A DNA stretch of 26,166 nt from an uncultured Verrucomicrobiales bacterium (GTDB lineage Bacteria > Verrucomicrobiota > Verrucomicrobiia > Verrucomicrobiales > DEV007), in the NCBI GenBank assembly GCA_938091905.1, contig CALKOM010000092.1, positions 1 through 26,166 of the forward strand, given 5' to 3'. The notes under the pieces were generated by a model. It ran no database searches. It saw nothing but the letters and a program-made list of their open reading frames with translations, and was not told the origin of the DNA. A program made the position numbers and the translations under genes. Every line of letters starts with the position of its first letter. The first letter of the stretch is position 1. Of the stretch, positions 17,302-24,047 are shown one piece after another.

Positions 17302-18798
17302 TCAGTTTTTGGGTCTGTCCGCCTCGCGCAGATTAAGGAAGTAATCTCGGACGATACGTTTTAGATCTGGTGTAAGCTGACGCTGGGGCACGGCGCCATA
17401 CGGCGTCTGACGTTGGCCTCGATCTTCAGCATTCGCTGGTTCAGCCTTCTCGGTCTTCGGTTGGATACGCTCCTGAGTAATCTTGACGCGACCCGCGTTG
17501 GGTTGGCCTTTCACATGATCAGGCACAGGCACTCCCAGGACGAGCGAGGCCACACCACGCGACTTCTTGCGTTGGCTAGGACCACCTCGCCCATTGGCAT
17601 CAGGGTTGGCCCGATTGCCAAAACCGATGCTCAAATCACGATTCACCGGAGGTCGGCGATCTCGCAAGTTCGGCTGCAATCCGCCCCGAGCTTCGGACTC
17701 AGACTCATCATCATCGACGTCATCCTCTTCTTCCAATTCTTGGTCTTCCGTTTCTTCCACGCGATCTTTGCTAGACCAATCAGACGACGCCGGATTTCTG
17801 CTCGAACCACTCGAGCTGCCTCGTCCCGCCGTCGCCCCTGATTTGTCTTCGACTTTCTTCTTCTGTTTTTTGGGATCGTCCTTCTTTGCAGTCTTCTTTT
17901 TTGGCTTCTTCTTGGCCGGTTGCTTCTCGCTCGGCCTCGAAGCAGGTGATTGATTGCCAGGGGCGCCCATTGAACGATCCGAACGCCCGGAAGACTTGGC
18001 ATCCGAATGCTGGCCACCTTCTGTCAGACCCTCGGTTTCCTTCACCTCATCTTCGACCATGGTCTTCTCGCTAGCCTGCTGACTCGGCTTCGCTTCTGAA
18101 TTCCCCAAGGGCTTCTTCACTTCTGTCTTCGGAATTCTTGGCCTCTTGGCCTCTTCCCTCACACTAGCCAGAACAGGCTTCTGTTGCTCCTTCGGCTGCT
18201 TTTCAACACTGGCAGCAACTTGAAGCCCTTCACCCGACTCGGGTGACGACTTGGCCTCGAGCCCAGACTGGCTCTCAGGTAGTAACAAAGCCAATACAAG
18301 CAAGACAATCGCCAACAGTGGGCACCAGACCAAACGCAATCCAGGAGACCAGGTGCCCCATTCCCAGAAAAGTTGTTTCCCTTCAACGTCTTCCACGACC
18401 TGCGCGGAGTCTTCCAGTGCAGCACTCGCGAACGACGAAGGTGTCGACTGATACAAAAATTCATCAGCCGTCTGTAGGCTATCCTTCAACTCGAAACGCT
18501 CGTCGACCACGGCCAACGCCTCTTGCCGCGTTGGGTGGTGACGCAAGATCGCCACTAACTGGATCAGTACCCACCCCACAGGAACCAGGATGGTCAAACC
18601 CAACAGCACCCACCAAGAAGGATGCCAAAGGTGGAGCAATCCTAACAATAAAGCCGCCGCAGGAACGATCCAGATCAAGAGCAAGCCGACCTTGGCATGC
18701 ATCTTTGCACCATCTCGCAGCTGTGATCGCATCAACCAGCGGCTACCGTGGTCTGCAAACAGGTCCAACTGACGGTGGAGTGTAGATTCAGAATCCAT
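17302..18798 (-). CDS. Membrane protein with about three TM segments and a long low-complexity charged tail (MoxR-cluster-associated hypothetical)
   Basis: Hydrophobic stretches in the N-terminal third and VVDERFELKDSLQTADEF. Lys-rich, Ser-rich and acidic tracts follow. The C-terminal PDLKRIVRDYFLNL resembles the 'YF'-ending tails common in MoxR/vWA-cluster proteins. Confidence 0.8.
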   Translation of the reverse strand: MDSESTLHRQLDLFADHGSRWLMRSQLRDGAKMHAKVGLLLIWIVPAAALLLGLLHLWHPSWWVLLGLTILVPVGWVLIQLVAILRHHPTRQEALAVVDERFELKDSLQTADEFLYQSTPSSFASAALEDSAQVVEDVEGKQLFWEWGTWSPGLRLVWCPLLAIVLLVLALLLPESQSGLEAKSSPESGEGLQVAASVEKQPKEQQKPVLASVREEAKRPRIPKTEVKKPLGNSEAKPSQQASEKTMVEDEVKETEGLTEGGQHSDAKSSGRSDRSMGAPGNQSPASRPSEKQPAKKKPKKKTAKKDDPKKQKKKVEDKSGATAGRGSSSGSSRNPASSDWSSKDRVEETEDQELEEEDDVDDDESESEARGGLQPNLRDRRPPVNRDLSIGFGNRANPDANGRGGPSQRKKSRGVASLVLGVPVPDHVKGQPNAGRVKITQERIQPKTEKAEPANAEDRGQRQTPYGAVPQRQLTPDLKRIVRDYFLNLREADRPKN

Positions 18799-18809
18799 TC
18801 AGCTTTACT

Positions 18810-21278
18810 CTAAGGAGACTCTCCCTCCATCTGCGGGTCGGCCTGCACAGCCTGCAGAACCTCCTTACTATCATTATCCCGAATAAAGGCAACTAAGGTC
18901 AACTGCCTTGGATCGATCTTGGCGGCAAAGGTCTGAACAGCTCCCCGACCCTCTGCTTGTAGCTGCTCAAGGTAGACCCTGTTGCTTCTCTGGATGCGTT
19001 TCAGCGAACCAGAGAAATCGATCTCCATTCCACCGCCTTCGCTTTCGTAGGACTGCCCAAGCACGCTCCTCGTGAGTGCCGATCGAGCGACCATGTGATG
19101 AATGATGACTTTGCTCCGTCCGGGATAAAGTACCGCTTTCTCGGCCAGAACGATGTGCACACGGGCGTCCGCTTCTGCGGGTCCCGTGATCTGCAGACGG
19201 CCAGAGATGTGATCTCCATCGACCTTGCTAGTCAACGCGAGACTAAACTCAGAAGCCTCTTCCAAACCTTCAAGTACGACTTCACGGCCCATCTTGTAGA
19301 TCTTCTCTGCATCTCGCGCTTTGCCAGTACCTGGAAATTGCCGATGCCCATTGACCAATTGCGTGGCCGGTGGTGCGCTGTAGACATCGGCCTGAGCTTG
19401 AGCCACTTCGTTCGTCAGACAATCGACTTCCAAGCGAGGGTGCGGCAGGTGGTAGGCCAACATGGCCACCTTATCCCGTGGGAAATAGGTCATCACGCCT
19501 TCATTGCCCAGGGCTCCCCCGATCGCACCTTCATCTCTCGTCGGGTGCTTGATGTGTGCATTTGTGAAAAACTCTACCAGAGCAACACGATTGTTCGGCT
19601 CCCCCTCGGGACGATAACGTGTCGCGGCAGTGTATCCGTAGGTTTTCCCTTCAATGAGCGGAGCGATACTCTCGACGGATAGTTGTTGATCATCACCGAG
19701 GGCCTTGCTCACGCGCTCCAAGCCAGCCACCGCTTGCTCACCACTCTCCACATCGATCACCGCCTGAACGTAACGCGACATGGCACGCTGCAATCGCCCT
19801 TGCCTTTCATAACACTCTCCTAATCGCAAATTTACACGCCCATTCTCTGGCATGCCAAAGGCGGCTGAGAGCAAGTGACGCCAGGCCATTTTGGTCTCAC
19901 CTCGTTCTAACTGAATCTCTCCCATGTCAGCGTGCAGTTTATGAACCGCATCCGGGTAGCGGTCTTTACGTCCAGTCGTAACCCCTAAGCTGCCTGCGAC
20001 CAAGCCCTGCTCAGCGAGCCCGGCTTCACGCAGCTCCTTTATCAAATCAAGCGCCCGGGTCGTGCGAATATCTTCACGCCACGTGTCATGCAGCCACGTG
20101 ATGGACCTCTTGAAGGCTTCAGGTTCTGCAGCTTCATCAATGCGGAGATCAAGAAGGAGACGGGCAGCTTCTTGGCTGAGATTCTCTGTTGGGTACTCTT
20201 TCAGATACGCTTCCAGCACCTCGGGATCATCCTCGATCATCGCCACATAAAATGCCAAGTCCGCCTTCGGATAGTCGGCAGGCTCCGTTACCTCGATGAC
20301 CGCAGTTGTCCGTGCTTGATTCAATTCAATGCGCAAGTGCTTCAGCAGATTGAGACCAATCACCCCGAGCGCTCGATCAGGGTGAACGTATGTGATTTCG
20401 CTAGGTCGGCAGGCAACAAACTCAGAAATATTGATCTCACCCACTTTGAGAGGACTGACATTGCCCGCAGGAAAGCCTTCATCATCACACCATTCAGCGT
20501 CGATCAATGTGTCTTTCTGTGAGGTCGCCATCGCCATGGCCGAAATCTTCCCGCCCGGAAGCTGGATTGGTAGCCACGCGACATCATCTGTTGTCGTTAG
20601 CGAGACCTGCACCCTGCCGTTGTCCTCCTCTTCATCTTGGGGCTGGACCAATTCCTCCCCCTGCGGCTCCAGCTCCTTTCCAGGAGCGATATTTAGGTAG
20701 CCAGCCTTTAGATCAAGAATAAGCGCGTAATCCTTAAAGAATTTTGCACCTAACGCGCCCACCACCGCATCGTCTCCAATCTCCTTCGAATACAGTCGAG
20801 TGAATTCAGCAAGCTCACGCTCGGGTCCCGCCTCACGCCGGTCAACCGTAACAGCGAACTCAGGAAAATGAATGGTGATCGGGATGGTCCTACCCGCATC
20901 ATCCTCCGCCTTCAACGGTCCAGCGACGTTGTTGTGCAACTGCAGGCCACAAGGGCTTTCAATATCAATGAACAGATTCACTGGCACGCGACGATGCCGT
21001 GTCGACACCTCACATCGCGCCACCACACGACCACCGGCGATCGTTACAGGAAAACGTCCATGGGTGGCTGTAGGATCGGCCATACGCAAATCTTCCCCAG
21101 GCGGCAATGGCGGCGCATTCGGATCACCCGACAGTATGGGAGGTGCTCCCGGCGGCTGTCCCAAGGCGGGTTGACTAGGCTGCAGGGCTTGCGCTGGAAT
21201 CTGCGCCTGAGCAACTACAGACCATCCTAGCACCAGCATTAAAAGCAGGCTAAGGATGCTCAAAAACGGCGAACTCAC
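18810..21278 (-). CDS. Exported multidomain protein: degenerate tandem retropepsin-like domains + TPR + Cys-less thioredoxin/Omp28-like C-terminal region
   Basis: The GTG start overlaps the upstream TGA (GTGA). Signal peptide ending VVAQA, then a Pro-rich linker. Aspartyl-protease-fold motifs VVGALGAKFFKDYALILD and LGVIGLNLLKHLRIELN. TPRs (VNLRLGECYERQGRLQRAMSRY). VALVEFFTN...LAYHLPHP...LVNG...LTLVAFIRDNDSKEVLQA. Confidence 0.75.
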   Translation of the reverse strand: MSSPFLSILSLLLMLVLGWSVVAQAQIPAQALQPSQPALGQPPGAPPILSGDPNAPPLPPGEDLRMADPTATHGRFPVTIAGGRVVARCEVSTRHRRVPVNLFIDIESPCGLQLHNNVAGPLKAEDDAGRTIPITIHFPEFAVTVDRREAGPERELAEFTRLYSKEIGDDAVVGALGAKFFKDYALILDLKAGYLNIAPGKELEPQGEELVQPQDEEEDNGRVQVSLTTTDDVAWLPIQLPGGKISAMAMATSQKDTLIDAEWCDDEGFPAGNVSPLKVGEINISEFVACRPSEITYVHPDRALGVIGLNLLKHLRIELNQARTTAVIEVTEPADYPKADLAFYVAMIEDDPEVLEAYLKEYPTENLSQEAARLLLDLRIDEAAEPEAFKRSITWLHDTWREDIRTTRALDLIKELREAGLAEQGLVAGSLGVTTGRKDRYPDAVHKLHADMGEIQLERGETKMAWRHLLSAAFGMPENGRVNLRLGECYERQGRLQRAMSRYVQAVIDVESGEQAVAGLERVSKALGDDQQLSVESIAPLIEGKTYGYTAATRYRPEGEPNNRVALVEFFTNAHIKHPTRDEGAIGGALGNEGVMTYFPRDKVAMLAYHLPHPRLEVDCLTNEVAQAQADVYSAPPATQLVNGHRQFPGTGKARDAEKIYKMGREVVLEGLEEASEFSLALTSKVDGDHISGRLQITGPAEADARVHIVLAEKAVLYPGRSKVIIHHMVARSALTRSVLGQSYESEGGGMEIDFSGSLKRIQRSNRVYLEQLQAEGRGAVQTFAAKIDPRQLTLVAFIRDNDSKEVLQAVQADPQMEGESP

Positions 21279-22864
21279 TCAGCAAGCGCAGCGTTAATGT
21301 CTTCCTTCAAGTCCATTTCCAACCCCTCGCGATAACCCGTATGCACCATGTGAACCTTGCCACTCTTCCCAATGATCACAGTCGTCGGAATGCCGGTCAC
21401 TTGGTAAGCTTCACACGCCTTCAGCTCAGCATCCATGATGACAGGCAAATCATCCCAGCCGTTCGCGCCGAGAAACTTCTTCACCTTACTCGTAGATTCT
21501 TGCTGATTCACCGCGACCAGCTTTACTGGGTGATCTTCAAAGGAAGCGACAGCAGCTATCACCTCCGGCATGGCTTCTATACACGGCCTACACCAGGTAG
21601 CCCAGAAATCCAATATGATCACCCCCTTACCAAGATGATCGCTTAGCTTGAAGGGTTCACCATCCAACTGCACCAATTCAATGTTAGGAGCTTCCTTCCC
21701 AATAAGGGCAGACAACGCTGAGGGATCGCCATGAGGTGAGCCTTCACCTTTCATTTCATCAAAGGCCCAGGTGTTCGCAGTAGCGTTCACGGAGATCTTG
21801 GCGGTAGCAGGCACGCGCACGGCGGCCGGAGCGAAGCCTCCTCAGCAGCCTCCAAAGACTGCCAGTGCCAACTGTTTACCAGTCTCCATATCGCGCACAT
21901 CAAACTGCGGTGACCCTCCAAATGGTGTCCACTGATCATAGACCTCCCCAAAGCGCCCAACATAGCTGACAAGCTGCGGCGCCATGATCACACGACCCGG
22001 TTGGCGAACATAATTGAAATCGATGTTCAGAGGCTCCCCAAGAGCGATCGTCTTCGATTTGCCTGCCTTGATCGAGATCGACTTGGAATTCCCTCTGTCA
22101 AACACGACCACATTGCGGCCCATGCCAATGCGCCCATTGTAGAGATGATAGTCACCAGCCGGCACCGCCAACGCTTTGCCAGAAAGTGCGAATGAATGGG
22201 CCCCATCGGCTGACTGAACAATAGCCGCTAACAATTTCCCCTTCGTCGCAAACTGCGTGGTCAGATCCATAACCCCCTGATCACCTTCGTAGGGACTGTA
22301 GTTGATCTCTGAGCCATCTGCAGCCACGTCGATCGTGTAGAGCGTGCCCCGAACATTGATCGCTTTCGACAAGAAGCTCGCATTCTTGCCTCGCCCAACA
22401 ATCATCGCGTCCTTCCCATAGTCATCGTATCGACCATTGTTGTTTTGGTCGATGATCTGTATCCGCTGGTCAACAATCTTACCCTGAACGGCACCAGACG
22501 CGGCGAAGTGCCAGCCACCGCCCTGATTCACTAGCCGCATGGAGTAATTGTACTTCCTACCTGTAGCTGATTTCCCTCGCAAAGTCACTAATCCATTTTT
22601 GCCGGTCACCTTGACGTCGGTCTCTCCATCCCCATCATGATCCACGGCCAAAGCGGCGCCAGTCACTTTCGTATGAAACGTGGTTGGAATCCCCGTGAAG
22701 GCCAGGTCACCGCTGACACGGCTAAACTGCTCTTTCGGCAACACGACATCCCAATCGCGCAGGGTCCGGTATTTTAATGAGGTCATCTCCGCAGAGAGAC
22801 TTCCCATCACTCCAAACGCAGCAGCAAGACTGACGACTCTAGGCAACACGGTCGGGACACGCAT
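21275..22864 (-). CDS. Candidate exported selenoprotein (529 aa, Sec at residue 341): beta-rich N-terminal region + G-C-U-G motif + TlpA/ResA-type thioredoxin domain
   Basis: ORFs 21842..22864 and 21275..21820 are in one frame. The junction reads GGA GGC TGC [TGA 21844-21842] GGA GGC TTC GCT CCG GCC GCC GTG = GGC-U-GGFAPAAV. Signal peptide MRVPTVLPRVVSLAAAFGVMGSLSA. C-terminal LIGKEAPNIEL...ILDFWATWCRPC...YQVTGIPTTVIIGKSG. SECIS-like hairpin 3' of the TGA. Confidence 0.75.
21810..21827 (-). promoter_or_regulatory. Putative bacterial SECIS element (upper stem-loop)
   Basis: Minus strand, +15..+32 after the UGA: GGCCGC-CGUGC-GCG(U)GCC. This gives six G-C pairs, a bulged U and a 5-nt loop starting at +21 with GU at loop positions 2-3. 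Folded by eye. Confidence 0.55.
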
Positions 22865-22948
22865 GGCGCAAATCTAGCACCTCCACGGTCAGAGCGCACT
22901 ACATTTTAGCGGCGAGCCGAGCATCGTCTCCGAGGCTTCGGATCCCCT

Positions 22949-24046
22949 CTACAGGCGGTTTTCTTCGGCCAACGGCCTGCCAATAAGGATCTCGATCGGA
23001 AGCTTCTCTTCTTCGTACTCATACGGTGGCGGATTCCAGGCGAAATGGTCCGGGTAGAGGTCCTGGATTGTCTGAAGAATCCGGATGCTAGAATGGACAG
23101 GGCGATACGCCTGACGGTCGCTGACGTGGATCTGCGCACCTTGGCAGATTTGGTGAGCGTGTTTTTGAAAAGTGGGTTCGAAGCTGAGAGATCGGAAGTG
23201 AACCCCAGGCAATTGGAGGGCATCCAGGGAGTCGACGAGAGCAGGCGCATTGATCCAAGGAGCCCCAAAGATCTCAAAGGGCCGCGTGGTGCCGCGCCCT
23301 TCGGAAACATTGCACCCCTCGAATAGACACATGCCTGGATAGACAACGGCGGTGTCTAACGTAGGCATATTAGGCGACGGAAGCACCCAAGGCAGCCCCG
23401 TTTCATCCCACCACATCGTACGTTCCCAACCTTCCATGGGGAGAACGTGAAGTTCTACATCAGGGAAAGCTTCCTGCTGAAACTGTATTGCGAGTTCACC
23501 GATCGTCTTGGCGTGACGGATAGGAATAGGATGAAGGCCTACGAACGAGAGATGATCAGATTCCTGAGGGCCACCCTCAGTATCGATGCCATTGATAGGA
23601 TTGGGGCGGTCCGCCACCAAGATGGGTTTGCCGTGAGCCTGGCACGCCTTCATGCAGAGGAAGAGTGTCCAAATGAAGGTATAGTAACGAGCACCCACAT
23701 CCATGAGATCGACGAACACCGCATCAATGGGTGCGAGCATCTCTTCTGTCGGTTCACGGTGCTCTCCATACAAACTGTGTAAGGCAACGCCCAACTGTGG
23801 ATGCATGCCGCCTTCCCATTCGATCATGTTATCCTGGGTCGTACCATCGAATCCGTGCTGAGGACCGAAGAGGGCGCCTAACCGAAAGAGGGCTCTGTTC
23901 TTTGCTAACAGAGCGGTGAGTGTATGCTCGAGCCGACTGTCAACTGAGGCCGGATGTAGCACCGCCCCCAGCTTGAGCTCTGGAGATCGCAACGAAGTCG
24001 GCCAAACATCTGCGAGACGATCTACCGGCAGAACAACGTTGCCCAT
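22949..24046 (-). CDS. namZ: Exo-beta-N-acetylmuramidase NamZ / DUF1343 family protein
   Basis: LFGPQHG, HSLYGEHREPT, DLMDVGARYYTF, DRPNPING, PIRHAKTIGELA, WVLPSPNMPT, YPGMCLFEG.NVSEGRGTTRPFEIFGAPW. The start is moved to the ATG at 24046, 1 nt after the upstream stop. Confidence 0.9.
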   Translation of the reverse strand: MGNVVLPVDRLADVWPTSLRSPELKLGAVLHPASVDSRLEHTLTALLAKNRALFRLGALFGPQHGFDGTTQDNMIEWEGGMHPQLGVALHSLYGEHREPTEEMLAPIDAVFVDLMDVGARYYTFIWTLFLCMKACQAHGKPILVADRPNPINGIDTEGGPQESDHLSFVGLHPIPIRHAKTIGELAIQFQQEAFPDVELHVLPMEGWERTMWWDETGLPWVLPSPNMPTLDTAVVYPGMCLFEGCNVSEGRGTTRPFEIFGAPWINAPALVDSLDALQLPGVHFRSLSFEPTFQKHAHQICQGAQIHVSDRQAYRPVHSSIRILQTIQDLYPDHFAWNPPPYEYEEEKLPIEILIGRPLAEENRL

Positions 24047-24047
24047 A

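Noticed and set aside
17278..17304. The 498-aa gene and moxR are in frame, separated by TGA-AAT-ACC-TGA (an apparent UxxU).
   Set aside because: The spacer is AT-rich and looks intergenic, and no convincing SECIS-like hairpin follows. The upstream protein ends at a typical terminal motif, and MoxR has a normal ATG and length. Same frame occurs by chance one time in three.
21275..21820. Stand-alone 181-aa TlpA gene starting at GTG 21820.
   Set aside because: It has no export signal or anchor and is in frame with the upstream ORF, and its start lies inside the SECIS-like loop. It is better explained as the C-terminal part of a readthrough protein, though independent initiation is not excluded.
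382..22864. Genome-wide reassignment of UGA (Trp or Gly code) as the explanation for the in-frame TGA.
   Set aside because: TGA acts as a normal stop at several gene ends, including the ATGA/GTGA overlaps at 11296, 13704 and 21275. The long ORFs contain no other internal TGA.
21809..22864. Both split ORFs appear to begin MRVP, suggesting a duplication.
   Set aside because: The similarity is limited to 3-4 codons, and the second 'M' is a GTG Val. This is coincidence.
22929..22942. Short hairpin TCCGA-GGCT-TCGGA downstream of namZ as a terminator.
   Set aside because: The stem is only 5 bp with no adjacent U-tract on the coding strand, too weak to call.
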